DNA of 32,000 bases from an uncultured bacterium (lineage in GTDB: Bacteria; Oederibacteriota; Oederibacteriia; Oederibacteriales; Oederibacteriaceae), in assembly GCA_965112635.1 (NCBI GenBank), contig OZ218778.1:1796404-1828403 (forward strand), given 5' to 3'. A program made the position numbers and the translations under genes. The notes beneath the pieces are model-generated. The model was given only the letters and a program-made list of their open reading frames with translations. It was not told the DNA's origin and did no database searches. Positions 1-9,372 of the stretch are shown piece after piece (within the stretch, counting starts at the first letter, position 1; every line of letters begins with the position of its first letter).

Positions 1-1
1 A

Positions 2-241
2 ATCGACAGTTTGCTCGCAGAGGCCATCAAAAATTGGAATCTGCTTAATGTGGCAGCGGTTGACCGAAATATCATGAGATTAGCCTGTTATGAGTTTTTG
101 TATTGCGATGACATCCCCGCAAAAGTATCCCTAAACGAAGCCATCGAATTGGCCAAGAAATTCAGCTCTCCCCAATCCAGCGGATTTGTTAATGGAATCT
201 TAGATAAGATACAGGCCAAAGTCCCTAAAAAGGCCGTGTGA
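2..241 (+). CDS. nusB: Transcription antitermination factor NusB, C-terminal part (5' truncated by window edge)
   Basis: Open frame reads [70 protein letters not shown], a typical NusB C-terminus. Confidence 0.93.
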   Translation: MDSLLAEAIKNWNLLNVAAVDRNIMRLACYEFLYCDDIPAKVSLNEAIELAKKFSSPQSSGFVNGILDKIQAKVPKKAV

Positions 242-280
242 TCTATTTATTGCCACAAATGCTGGTCACGGCTAAGTTTA

Positions 281-309
281 TTGACATATTCCTTTTAAAA
301 TGATAGGAT
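281..309 (+). promoter_or_regulatory. Predicted sigma70-type promoter of the infC operon
   Basis: TTGACA (281-286), 17-nt spacer, TAGGAT (304-309), upstream of infC. Confidence 0.55.
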
Positions 310-368
310 TTTCCTACTTTTTTCAAGATTTTTGGGAAAGCAAAACAATTTAACGAAGGGAGACCCAT

Positions 369-935
369 ATTTTTAAGGAATTAAGGGCCAATAAGCAGAT
401 CCATGCGCCAAAAGTTTTGGTCATCGACGAAGAAGGTGAAAAGTTGGGGATTATGACCGTTGACGAAGGGATCACGGCAGCAATTGCTAGTGGTCTAGAC
501 CTGGTAGAAGTTGGGCAGGATAAAGATATCCCCACTTGCCGTATCATGAATTATGGGAAGTTCAGATACGAAAGACATAAAAAAGACAAGGACGCCAAGA
601 AAAAGCAGAAAATTGTTTTGATCAAAGAGATCAAATTAAGGCCGAAGATTGACAAACACGACTATGAAACTAAGATGCGCCATATCAGGGAATTCATCGA
701 ATTTGGCCATAAAGTCAGATTGACGATCATGTTTAGAGGAAGGGAAATGGATCATGTTGAGATCGGCGCCAATCTTTTAGAGAGGGCCATCCAGGATCTC
801 AACGGGATCGCGGTATTGGAAAGTAGGTCCTCGATGCAAGATAATAATTTAGCGGTATTACTAGCTCCAAAATTGGTCAAAGAGGAAAAAAATGCCAAAG
901 TTAAAGACCAGCAAGTCAGCAGCGAAAAGGTTTAG
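369..935 (+). CDS. infC: Translation initiation factor IF-3, probable AUU start codon
   Basis: The ORF-track start (TTG 417) truncates the IF-3 N-terminus. The frame extends upstream as (ATT)FKELRANKQIHAPKVLVIDEEGEKLGIM with SD AAGGGAG at 356-362, 6 nt before ATT 369. Confidence 0.93.
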   Translation: MFKELRANKQIHAPKVLVIDEEGEKLGIMTVDEGITAAIASGLDLVEVGQDKDIPTCRIMNYGKFRYERHKKDKDAKKKQKIVLIKEIKLRPKIDKHDYETKMRHIREFIEFGHKVRLTIMFRGREMDHVEIGANLLERAIQDLNGIAVLESRSSMQDNNLAVLLAPKLVKEEKNAKVKDQQVSSEKV

Positions 936-1092
936 CTTTACCGGCTCAGGCAAAATCAAACACAAGAACGCATTTGCGCGTCATAAATTGGAGGCAAAGA
1001 ATATCGCGAGACGGAGGAGGCTGAGAAAGCTGGGATTTGTGCATGAGACCAACGCAAGGGCCATTGCAAGGTTGTTGCCTTACAAAAATTAA
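892..1092 (+). CDS. rpmI: 50S ribosomal protein L35
   Basis: MPKLKTSKSAAKRFSFTGSGKIKHKNAFARHKL; position between infC and rplT; overlaps the infC 3' end. Confidence 0.96.
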   Translation: MPKLKTSKSAAKRFSFTGSGKIKHKNAFARHKLEAKNIARRRRLRKLGFVHETNARAIARLLPYKN

Positions 1093-1125
1093 TTTTTTTA
1101 AAATCTCGTATATCTAGGAGGATAG

Positions 1126-1488
1126 GTGGCAAGGGTAAAAGGCGGAATGACCGCTAGAAAACACAAGAGAAAAGTCTTCAAGCTGGCCAAGGGGAACTGG
1201 GGTGGACGCAAGAACAGGAACCGGATGGCCCAAGAGACAGTACAAAAAGGCCTGGCCTATGCCCATAGGGATCGGCGCCAAAGGAAAAGGGAATTCAGGA
1301 AAATGTGGATCGCGCGGCTTAATGCTGCTGCCAGAATTCACGGTTTGTCCTACAGCCGTTTGATTGACGGCCTGACCAAAGCCAAAGTGGCCATTAACAG
1401 AAAAATGTTGGCCGAGTTGGCGATTCACGACAGCCAGGTTTTCGGCCAGGTCGTTGATGTGGCCAAGAAACAGCTGAGCAAAGCCTAA
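1126..1488 (+). CDS. rplT: 50S ribosomal protein L20 (GTG start)
   Basis: MARVKGGMTARKHKRKVFKLAKGNWGGRKNRNRMAQETVQKGLAYAHRDRRQRKREFRKMWIARLNAAAR; SD AGGAGG just upstream of the GTG start. Confidence 0.97.
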   Translation: MARVKGGMTARKHKRKVFKLAKGNWGGRKNRNRMAQETVQKGLAYAHRDRRQRKREFRKMWIARLNAAARIHGLSYSRLIDGLTKAKVAINRKMLAELAIHDSQVFGQVVDVAKKQLSKA

Positions 1489-1529
1489 ATTGACCTAGAG
1501 TAAAGATCGCAGGGTTACTACTGAAAGAA

Positions 1530-2378
1530 ATGACAAGAAAAGTGAGTGGCGGAAAAATAACACCCATAACCTCCTTCCACAATTCCCGCATCAAATTTAT
1601 CAGGTCCCTTCATGAGACTTCGGTGAGGAAAGGCTCAAAAAAATATTTCGTCGAGGGTTTGAAGCTTTGCCAAGATGCCATTCTATCGGAAGCGGCCATC
1701 GATTTTTGTCTGGTCAATTCCTCCTTTGAGACGACCGCTGAAGGCAAAGACTTTTTATCCCAAGTTGCCAGGAAAAAGATTGAGGTAGCCCAAGTTACGG
1801 ACGATTTATACAAAAAAATCAGCGACCTTGAAAACCCCCAAGGCGTCTTGTGTGTGGCTAACCAACCGGAAGCCTCCTTGGAGACTTTGGCTGGCCACAA
1901 AGGACCGTTGCGCTTTATTTTTGCCGAAAAGGTCCAGGACCCAGGCAATATAGGTGCTATTTTGAGGACCATCGAAGCCTTGGGCGCGAGCGGCCTGGTA
2001 ATTTCCGGTGGCGGGGTGGATGTCTTTCACCCTAAAGTGGTAAGGAGCTCCATGGGGGCCATTTTTAGATGTCCTATTTTTGAGGCAGAAAATCTCAGAG
2101 ATTGGCTGGATCAATCTAAAAAATTTAGAGTTAAGATGCAAGTAGTTGCAGCGGATAGTAGTGCTAAAAAAGAGTTATTTCAGATTAACTTCAGCATTTG
2201 CAGTACTATTGTCATCGGGTCTGAAGGGCAGGGATTGTCTAGAGAATCACTTTCACTTTCTGATGAAATCATAAGGATACCGATGGCAGGTAAAGCAGAG
2301 TCTTTAAATGTCGCTGTGGCCACCGGGATCCTGTTATTTTGTGCCTGCACTAATGTAATGAGACCTAAAAAATATTAA
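1530..2378 (+). CDS. TrmH/SpoU-family RNA 2'-O-methyltransferase
   Basis: SpoU motifs EKVQDPGNIGAILRTIEALGASG, VIGSEGQGLS and IPMAGKAESLNVAVATGILLF; typical position downstream of rplT. Confidence 0.9.
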   Translation: MTRKVSGGKITPITSFHNSRIKFIRSLHETSVRKGSKKYFVEGLKLCQDAILSEAAIDFCLVNSSFETTAEGKDFLSQVARKKIEVAQVTDDLYKKISDLENPQGVLCVANQPEASLETLAGHKGPLRFIFAEKVQDPGNIGAILRTIEALGASGLVISGGGVDVFHPKVVRSSMGAIFRCPIFEAENLRDWLDQSKKFRVKMQVVAADSSAKKELFQINFSICSTIVIGSEGQGLSRESLSLSDEIIRIPMAGKAESLNVAVATGILLFCACTNVMRPKKY

Positions 2379-2432
2379 AAACCTTCTTTTCACCTTATTT
2401 TTTCAGCACTTTTTGACCTTTTGCTGCTCACA

Positions 2433-2461
2433 TTGACAGGTCCCAATAGCGGTGCTATAGT
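2433..2461 (+). promoter_or_regulatory. Predicted sigma70-type promoter
   Basis: TTGACA (2433-2438), 17-nt spacer, TATAGT (2456-2461), about 37 nt upstream of the small ORF at 2498. Confidence 0.6.
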
Positions 2462-2497
2462 TACGCTACAAAACTTTAGGGAACGAGGTACGAAATT

Positions 2498-2692
2498 ATG
2501 CGGAGGCCAAGCGTGATAGAGCCCGAATTAAAACAAGAGAGTGATTTTATGTGGAAATTATTTGAACAAACGGGTTCTGTTGGTGTTTTTCTGGTTTATA
2601 AGCAGACCCAGAAGAATATTGATACTTTTGAAAAAGCAAAAAAACAAATTCTCAAAATAATGGAGTTCGATTTTAGAGAAACAGAGTTTTAA
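2498..2692 (+). CDS. Small YqzL-like protein (64 aa)
   Basis: Core SDFMWKLFEQTGSVGVFLVYKQ resembles the YqzL-type motif (FTWxxFxxTGxxxxYLLYKE); preceded by a promoter-like element and a purine-rich RBS region. Confidence 0.6.
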   Translation: MRRPSVIEPELKQESDFMWKLFEQTGSVGVFLVYKQTQKNIDTFEKAKKQILKIMEFDFRETEF

Positions 2693-2719
2693 GCTTATAT
2701 AACTTATGTATTTTCAATT

Positions 2720-2757
2720 AAAAAAGTTTATATCCCCGGGGGTATAAACTTTTTTTA
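2720..2757. terminator. Intrinsic terminator or attenuator hairpin (possibly bidirectional) between the yqzL-like gene and pheS
   Basis: Inverted repeat AAAAAAGTTTATA...TATAAACTTTTTT around a CCCCGGGGG loop region, with A-tract and T-tract flanks. Confidence 0.7.
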
Positions 2758-2883
2758 TTGACTACAGCTCGAATTCCGGCAAGTATATTGTTGATTAAAA
2801 TATTGTAATTAATAAAAAAGCAGTTAGGTGTTGATGAGTTATTCAAAAGCGTTACCAAACTACTTAAAAAAGAAGATAAACTT

Positions 2884-3861
2884 ATGAGAGAGAATATTCA
2901 GAAGCTTGAGGCAGAAGCTGGGGCAGGAATTCAAAAGGCTGTAAGTCTCGAGGAATTGCAAAAGCTACGTGTCCATTATTTAGGTAAAAAAGGTCAAGTC
3001 ACCGAGTTGCTCCATTCCCTTAAAGATCTTTCCATAGAAGAAAAAAAGGAGATTGGTGCTTTAGTCAATGCCCTTAGGGATAAAATTGAAAGTTTTATCG
3101 CTCAAAAGTCTGACCAGCTGGCTTCAAGCGATTCCCAGACCCTTAAGAACAGGGTCGATATCACATTGCCGGCCGCCCTGCCTCCGACGGGGAGGTTGCA
3201 TCCTTTGACCCAGATATTATTGGAGATGCAGGAGTTCTTTGAGGCATTGGGGTTTGAGGTTGCTGAGGGCCCTGAAATCGAGACAGATTACTATAATTTT
3301 GAAGCCCTCAATATTCCTGCCCACCATCCTGCCAGGGATCTCTGGGATACTTTTTACCTTTCGGAAAACCTGTTGCTAAGAACCCATACTTCGCCTGTGC
3401 AAATCCATTTTATGGAAAAGAAAAAACCTCCTTTTCGTTTGATTGTTCCAGGACGTTGTTACCGCAGGGACCAAGTAGACGCCAGCCATTTGCCGATTTT
3501 CCACCAGCTAGAAGGGTTAGTGGTGGACCGGGATATCCAGTTCTCCCACCTTAAGGGGGTTTTGGAGGCTTTTGTGCACCATATGTTCGGGAAACACCGA
3601 GCCGTCCGTTTTTTGCCCAGCTTTTTCCCGTTTACCGAACCAAGTGCTGAAATGGGAGTGGAATGGGAAAGTGGCTGGTTGGAGATCATGGGTTGCGGCA
3701 TGGTCCATCCAAAGGTGTTGAGCCGGATGGGAATAGACCCTGAGCAATGGAGCGGTTTTGCTTTTGGAATGGGGATAGACAGGATTACCATGCTCAAATA
3801 TGGGATCCCTGATATGAGGCTTTTATTCGAGAACCACAAATTGTTTTTAAAACAATTTTAA
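2884..3861 (+). CDS. pheS: Phenylalanine--tRNA ligase alpha subunit
   Basis: HPLTQILLEMQEFFEALGFEVAEGPEIETDYYNFEALNIPAHHPARDLWDTFY; ...WLEIMGCGMVHPKVL...GFAFGMGIDRITMLKYGIPDMRLLFENH. Confidence 0.97.
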   Translation: MRENIQKLEAEAGAGIQKAVSLEELQKLRVHYLGKKGQVTELLHSLKDLSIEEKKEIGALVNALRDKIESFIAQKSDQLASSDSQTLKNRVDITLPAALPPTGRLHPLTQILLEMQEFFEALGFEVAEGPEIETDYYNFEALNIPAHHPARDLWDTFYLSENLLLRTHTSPVQIHFMEKKKPPFRLIVPGRCYRRDQVDASHLPIFHQLEGLVVDRDIQFSHLKGVLEAFVHHMFGKHRAVRFLPSFFPFTEPSAEMGVEWESGWLEIMGCGMVHPKVLSRMGIDPEQWSGFAFGMGIDRITMLKYGIPDMRLLFENHKLFLKQF

Positions 3862-3871
3862 CGAGGATGTT

Positions 3872-6247
3872 ATGAGAGTTTCCTTTGAGTGGTTAAAAGA
3901 GCTGGTTTCTTTAACCTGCTCTCCCGAGGAGCTGGCAGGCTTGTTTCCCCATCTGGGGCTCGGGGTGGAAAAGGTCATAAAATTGGGCGAAAGTCTGGAC
4001 AAGGTCGTTGTTGGCCAGATCTTGGAGATCAAGCCCCATCCGGGAGCTGACCGTTTGGTGTTATGCCAAGTAAACGTCGGCACTGCCAATAATCTTGCTA
4101 TCGTTTGCGGGGCAAAGAACATGCAAGTCCATGATAAAGTACCCGTCGCCCTGGAGGGTGCGGAACTGCCCGGAGGGATTAAGATTAAGCGTTCCAAGAT
4201 TAGGGGCGAAGAGTCGGAAGGGATGTTATGCTCAGCCAAGGAGTTGGGTTTGAGCGAGGATGCTCAGGGTGTCCTTATCCTCAAGGATGGTAAGCTGGGT
4301 GATGATATAAAGGAGACGCTAGGACTTCATGATGTTATCTTTGATCTGGAAGTGACTCCCAACAGGCCGGATTATCTGGGGGTCGTTGGTATTGCCAGAG
4401 AATTGGCTGCGTTCTTTAAATTACCCCTTAAAATGCCTATATTTTTGGTATCGGAATCGAATAAAAAGGCTTCAGAGGCAGCTCGCGTTATGATCGAGGA
4501 CCCCGACCTTTGCAGACGATATGCTGCCAGGGTGATCAGTAACATTAAGATTGGGCCGTCTCCGGAATGGTTGTGCCGACGCTTGGAAGCCGTTGGACTC
4601 AGAAGCGTTAATAGCGTGGTGGATGTGACCAATCTTGTGCTTTTTGAATGGGGACATCCTCTGCATGCCTTTGATTACAACAAGGTCAAAGACCACCAGA
4701 TCGTGGTGAGGCGTGCTAAAAAGGGTGAAAAGTTATCACTTTTAGATCAGTCCACCAAGGAGTTAAATCCACAGGTTTTAGTCATTGCTGACAGCCAAAA
4801 TCCCTTGGCTCTGGCGGGTATCATGGGAGGGACAGAATCCGCTGTCAGCGACTCTACGGAGCAGATTTTGTTAGAAAGCGCTTATTTTAACCCGGCCACG
4901 ATACGCAAAACCTCAAAGAGCCTCGGGGTAAGTTCAGATTCCTCTTATCGGTTCGAGAGGGGCGCAGACCCGGAGGGCCTTATCGAAGCTCTGGACAGAG
5001 CCGCCAGGTTGATCCAGGAAATTGCAGGAGGAGAAATTTACCAGGGCAGAGTGGATTGTTATCCGCAGAAATTTGCAAGGAAGACCATTAGCCTCCGGGT
5101 AGGCAGAGCCAATGCATTCCTGGGTGTCCAGCTGGCCAGTGAAGAGGCGCAAGATATCTTAAAAAGACTTTCTTATAAAGTCAGCGGTAAGGACCCCTTA
5201 AAAGTTGAGGTTCCAAGCTTCCGCCGAGATATCACCGAAGAGATCGACCTGGTCGAGGATATAGCCCAGCTTTACGGTTATGGCCGCATCCCAACTTCTT
5301 TGCCACGCACTTTTTTGTTAGAGAAGGATCTGAGGAATCCGGTCTATATTGATATTAGGATCAAAAGGCAATTAGCTTCCTATGGTTTGTTTGAGGTCGT
5401 CAGTGGAAGTTTAATATACTCCAAAAGGATAGAATCTCTGGCCGATAGCGGGGAAATTGTGAAGATCAAAAATCCTTTAACAGAAGACCGCGATGCCCTG
5501 CGGCCAAATTTATTGGTCTGCTTATTGGACGACTTGGCCCTCAACGCTCGGCAAGACCAAGCGAACCTGGGAATCTTCGAACTGGGAAAAGTCTTTTCAG
5601 CAGGCCAACCGATTCCCCGTGAAAGAAAGAAAATGGGTATCGCGCTCATGGGATTCCAGGAGAGGGGGGAGGGAGTAGCCTATAAGGATGGAGATTATTT
5701 TACTCTAAAAGGAATGATTGAGAACCTATTGGGTTTCCTCGGCCTCCAAGAGGTAGCCTTTCAAGAGTGCAAGAATCCCTGGTTTCTTCCGGTCTGTTCA
5801 GCGGAAATTGTTGTGAAAGGCAAAAAGATGGGAGTACTTGGAGAAATTCCCCAATCTTTGCTGCGCAAAAATGATATCAAGAAAAGGGTATTCTTTAGTG
5901 AGATAGATTTAGAAGAGATTTATTCTATGGTAAACTTTAACAAGGTTTTCAAGGGCTGGCCTAAATTTCCTTGCGTCAAGCGCGATGTCGCCGTTGTGGT
6001 TCCAAAGGACTTGCCAGCGGCCCGTGTCCTTGATTTAATTAAAACCGAAGGGTCTCCTCTTGTTGAAGAAGTGTCATTGTTTGACGTGTATGAGGGCGCA
6101 TCCATACCTGAGGATAAGAAAAGCCTAGCTTTTGCTATTTCATACCGTTCAAAAGAGCGGACCCTTACGGATGCAGAGGTAAATCAGAAACACGATCTTA
6201 TCGTTAATAAAGTTAAAGAGAAGTTTCAGGCTCAGATTAGGGTCTAG
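3872..6247 (+). CDS. pheT: Phenylalanine--tRNA ligase beta subunit
   Basis: MRVSFEWLKELV; tRNA-binding domain VVGQILEIKPHPGADRLVLCQVNVG; B3/B4, B5 and C-terminal FDX-ACB (ALAFAISYRSKERTLTDAEV) regions; SD GAGG upstream. Confidence 0.97.
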   Translation: MRVSFEWLKELVSLTCSPEELAGLFPHLGLGVEKVIKLGESLDKVVVGQILEIKPHPGADRLVLCQVNVGTANNLAIVCGAKNMQVHDKVPVALEGAELPGGIKIKRSKIRGEESEGMLCSAKELGLSEDAQGVLILKDGKLGDDIKETLGLHDVIFDLEVTPNRPDYLGVVGIARELAAFFKLPLKMPIFLVSESNKKASEAARVMIEDPDLCRRYAARVISNIKIGPSPEWLCRRLEAVGLRSVNSVVDVTNLVLFEWGHPLHAFDYNKVKDHQIVVRRAKKGEKLSLLDQSTKELNPQVLVIADSQNPLALAGIMGGTESAVSDSTEQILLESAYFNPATIRKTSKSLGVSSDSSYRFERGADPEGLIEALDRAARLIQEIAGGEIYQGRVDCYPQKFARKTISLRVGRANAFLGVQLASEEAQDILKRLSYKVSGKDPLKVEVPSFRRDITEEIDLVEDIAQLYGYGRIPTSLPRTFLLEKDLRNPVYIDIRIKRQLASYGLFEVVSGSLIYSKRIESLADSGEIVKIKNPLTEDRDALRPNLLVCLLDDLALNARQDQANLGIFELGKVFSAGQPIPRERKKMGIALMGFQERGEGVAYKDGDYFTLKGMIENLLGFLGLQEVAFQECKNPWFLPVCSAEIVVKGKKMGVLGEIPQSLLRKNDIKKRVFFSEIDLEEIYSMVNFNKVFKGWPKFPCVKRDVAVVVPKDLPAARVLDLIKTEGSPLVEEVSLFDVYEGASIPEDKKSLAFAISYRSKERTLTDAEVNQKHDLIVNKVKEKFQAQIRV

Positions 6248-6285
6248 GCATTAGGATGAGGGATCATCTCGTTGAATAGGAGGTT

Positions 6286-6621
6286 ATGGGGATGTGGCAG
6301 AAGTTTGAAGAGCAGCTGCAAGAGCTGTTTGACAAAATTGAACAGTTAAAAAAAGAGAATGACAGCCTAAAAAATGACGCGATGAGAGCCAAGGCTTCCC
6401 TGAACGAGAAAGATCAACTTCTGGAAACAAGCATGACGGAGATAGAGGAGAAGATTAAAATCCTGGAAGAGTCGAACGAGATGCTCAGCAGAGAGAAAGC
6501 AGGTCTGGAAAGAAAAAGTTTGGAAATGGGCAAAAGGCAAGATAGGGCAAAAGAAAAGATTGATGCCTTAATTTCCCACCTCAATGAACTGACCCAAGAA
6601 AGGCGAGAAGAAAATGTCTGA
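6286..6621 (+). CDS. Coiled-coil protein, ZapB-like in character
   Basis: 111 aa, almost entirely heptad-like coiled coil (FEEQLQELFDKIEQLKKENDSLKNDAMRAKASLNEKDQLLE); overlaps zapA by 8 nt. Confidence 0.6.
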   Translation: MGMWQKFEEQLQELFDKIEQLKKENDSLKNDAMRAKASLNEKDQLLETSMTEIEEKIKILEESNEMLSREKAGLERKSLEMGKRQDRAKEKIDALISHLNELTQERREENV

Positions 6622-7066
6622 ATCCAGGCCTTCCGTACGGGTGAACATTTTTAATAAGGAATATTTGATCAAAGGGGACGCGGACGTCGAATACATAGAA
6701 AGCTTAGCTAGGTATGTGGACGCGAAAATGCGGGAGATCGCCGGGAGCACAACCCTTTCTTCAGAGTTGAAGGTTTCCATTTTGGCGGCTGTGAATATCA
6801 CCGATGAACTCCACCGCCTGAAGAAAGAACATAAGACAGAGATTGAACGGCTGAAAACATCTTATGAAAAACAGAAGGAAACGTTGGCCCTTGAACTGGA
6901 AGAACAAAAGGACCGGCTCATGAAAAGCCTGGAGGAGGGCCATGAGAAAAAGGTGGAAGATCTTGTTGGCCTAAAAGAGAAAGAAAAGAATGAGTTGATG
7001 GAAGGGATTCAGAAGAAGATAGATATCCTGACAAATTTAATCGATGAAAAATTGGATACACTATAA
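6614..7066 (+). CDS. zapA: Cell division protein ZapA
   Basis: VRVNIFNKEYLIKGDADVEYIESLARYVDAKMREIAGSTTLSSELKVSILAAVNITDELHRLK, ZapA signature, with an extended C-terminal coiled coil. Confidence 0.88.
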   Translation: MSESRPSVRVNIFNKEYLIKGDADVEYIESLARYVDAKMREIAGSTTLSSELKVSILAAVNITDELHRLKKEHKTEIERLKTSYEKQKETLALELEEQKDRLMKSLEEGHEKKVEDLVGLKEKEKNELMEGIQKKIDILTNLIDEKLDTL

Positions 7067-7130
7067 TTTTGTCTTCTTAAATTTAAGTTTGACGACGCGT
7101 TTTCATTCTAATCAACATTGAGTCGACCGC

Positions 7131-7158
7131 TTGTTTTCATTTGTTCGGGTGCTATAAT
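7131..7158 (+). promoter_or_regulatory. Predicted sigma70-type promoter for the 6S RNA
   Basis: TTGTTT (7131-7136), 16-nt spacer, TATAAT (7153-7158). Confidence 0.6.
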
Positions 7159-7170
7159 TTAATCATAAAA

Positions 7171-7352
7171 ATTCCCTGCGGTGTTCGTGATGAAATGACG
7201 AGTTTTGAGCCAACACCTTTTTGGAAGGGACCCGACCTCTAAAAGCAGTGTGCATACCTTGACTCAGGTTGAGGCAGCCTAATGCTTTTTCGGGGGTACC
7301 CACTTATTCATTAAGGTTCAAAAACCAAGTTTCACACGGCACAGGTGGGGAA
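7171..7352 (+). ncRNA. ssrS: 6S RNA (SsrS)
   Basis: 5' ATTCCCTGCGGTGTTCG pairs with 3' ACACGGCACAGGTGGGGAAT to form a closing stem; length about 182 nt; located directly after zapA; TATAAT about 12 nt upstream. Confidence 0.78.
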
Positions 7353-7372
7353 TTTTTATTTTGGGGAAAGAC

Positions 7373-8740
7373 ATGGACCTTTTTGACAAGGAAGCCTTTA
7401 TAAACAAAAACCCAGCCCGAGAACTTATCCCATCCAAGGACGCCCCATTAGCGAAAAGAATCTGTCCGGTGGATTTGGCTGACCTAGTGGGACAACCCCA
7501 TTTGCTGGGGGAAGGCAAATTACTTCGCAGGCTTATCGAGTCAGACCGCCTCGTCTCCATCATCCTTTATGGACCTCCGGGCACAGGAAAGACCGCATTG
7601 TGTAACGTGATTGCGCACAGGACCGGCGCTTACGTAGAACGGCTCAACGCCACTTTGGCGGGTGTTGAGGAGGTGCGGAACATTATCAGGGCCGCCAAAG
7701 AGCGGGCCCAATACTCATCTCAAAGAACCATCCTGTTCGTCGATGAAATACACCGTTTTAATAAAGCCCAGCAGGACGCTTTTTTGCCTGATGTCGAAGG
7801 AGGCACTATTATTCTGCTGGGTTGCACGACCCAAAACCCATTTTTTTCGATCAACCCGGCCTTACTTTCGAGGTCTCAGATATTTGAGTTCAAACCACTG
7901 TCAGAGGGCGAGCTTAGATCCATCATTCAAAAAGCCTTAAGAGACAAAGAGAATGGGCTGGGAAATCTCAATATCAAGATCCAAGAGGAAGCGATACGGC
8001 ATTTGCTAACCGGAACAGAAGGGGACGCCAGACAATTGTTAAACGCCTTGGAGGTAGGTACCCTGACGACTGATCCTGACAAGGATGGACGGATTTATAT
8101 AACAGTGGCCGTGGCCGAGGAGTGCCTTCAGAAGAAAAGGGTGATCTATGACAGCAATGAGGACTCACATTACGACACCATCTCGGCCTTTATTAAAAGT
8201 TTGAGAGGTTCTGATCCGGACGCTGCCTTGTATTGGATGGCGAAGATGCTTTATGCGGGCGAGGATCCCCGTTTTATAGCCAGGCGCCTGGTCATTGCCG
8301 CTGCCGAAGATGTGGGGAATGCCGATCCAAGAGCCTTGCAGGTAGCGACCGCGGCTTTTCAGGCCCTGGAGTGGATAGGACTTCCGGAGGCCAGGATCCC
8401 GTTGGCCCAAGCTGTCACCTACATCGCCTGTGCCCCCAAAAGCAATGCGTCATGCGTGGGGATTGATAGGGCCTGGAAAGATGTTTCTGAAAAGCCCCTA
8501 TTGTCGGTGCCCAATCATCTCAGGGATGCCCATTATAAAGGAGCGAAAAAATTGGGCAGAGGGGAGGGGTATATTTATCCCCATGAAGACCCCTTGGGTT
8601 ATGTTGAACAAAACTATTTGCCAGAGAAGAAAACGTATTATGTACCCAAAGAGGTCGGATATGAAAGTATCTTGAAAAAGAGATTAGAAGATATCAAGAA
8701 ATATACAAAATCGAAGAATAAACAGGAAGAAGTGAAATGA
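7373..8740 (+). CDS. rarA: Replication-associated recombination protein A (RarA/MgsA AAA+ ATPase)
   Basis: [44 protein letters not shown]...[21 protein letters not shown]...; ATG 7373 with SD GGGGAAAG preferred over the TTG at 7361 in the track. Confidence 0.95.
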   Translation: MDLFDKEAFINKNPARELIPSKDAPLAKRICPVDLADLVGQPHLLGEGKLLRRLIESDRLVSIILYGPPGTGKTALCNVIAHRTGAYVERLNATLAGVEEVRNIIRAAKERAQYSSQRTILFVDEIHRFNKAQQDAFLPDVEGGTIILLGCTTQNPFFSINPALLSRSQIFEFKPLSEGELRSIIQKALRDKENGLGNLNIKIQEEAIRHLLTGTEGDARQLLNALEVGTLTTDPDKDGRIYITVAVAEECLQKKRVIYDSNEDSHYDTISAFIKSLRGSDPDAALYWMAKMLYAGEDPRFIARRLVIAAAEDVGNADPRALQVATAAFQALEWIGLPEARIPLAQAVTYIACAPKSNASCVGIDRAWKDVSEKPLLSVPNHLRDAHYKGAKKLGRGEGYIYPHEDPLGYVEQNYLPEKKTYYVPKEVGYESILKKRLEDIKKYTKSKNKQEEVK

Positions 8741-9330
8741 CTAAAGAAAAGCTTAGACAAAAAATGCTGGCTCTTAGGTTAAATCAGATTCCTTTAACCA
8801 AGAAGCGCAAAAGCCTTCTTGTTTCCAAGAATTTATTCAGTCTTTCTTGTTACAGCGAGTCGCGGAATATCATGGTTTATTTTGATTTTAAGGGTGAAAT
8901 CAATACAGGTCTGATCATACAGGAAGCATTGAAAGAGGGTAAGAAAGTTCTTTTTCCAGATATAATCCCAAAAACAAGAAAACTAAATGTTTTTGAGTTG
9001 AGGAATTTTAAAAAAGGATTTAAAAAGGGCTATTTTGGCATTCCAGAACCTGTTCAAATGTCCAAAAGGGTTTTTCCGTATTCGAAGATAGATATTGTTT
9101 TAGTTCCCGGAATTGCTTTTGATTATAAGGGTTTCCGAATAGGTTTTGGAGGTGGTTATTACGACCGTTTTCTCAGATTATTACCCAAAAGAGCTATAAA
9201 AGTCGGGTTGGCTTATGACTGGCAATTGGTTCAAAGAGTTAGCCATGAAAAGCACGATATTTGTTTAGATTTATTAGTCACTAATGAGCAAATCGTTATT
9301 ATTAACAAGGCAATGCTAAAAAACCTTTAA
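8737..9330 (+). CDS. ygfA: 5-formyltetrahydrofolate cyclo-ligase family protein
   Basis: ATGA overlap with rarA; DIVLVPGIAFDYKGFRIGFGGGYYDRFL signature. Confidence 0.92.
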   Translation: MTKEKLRQKMLALRLNQIPLTKKRKSLLVSKNLFSLSCYSESRNIMVYFDFKGEINTGLIIQEALKEGKKVLFPDIIPKTRKLNVFELRNFKKGFKKGYFGIPEPVQMSKRVFPYSKIDIVLVPGIAFDYKGFRIGFGGGYYDRFLRLLPKRAIKVGLAYDWQLVQRVSHEKHDICLDLLVTNEQIVIINKAMLKNL

Positions 9331-9344
9331 TTTCCTTGCAAAAG

Positions 9345-9372
9345 TTGACTTCACTAAGGTATTTGCTATAAT
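9345..9372 (+). promoter_or_regulatory. Predicted sigma70-type promoter of the HU/IHF-like gene
   Basis: TTGACT (9345-9350), 16-nt spacer, TATAAT (9367-9372). Confidence 0.65.

Noticed and set aside
2380-2883. T-box riboswitch upstream of pheST
   Set aside because: No T-box core (AGGGTGGNACCGCG-like) or specifier arrangement was found; only a simple terminator-like hairpin at 2720-2757.
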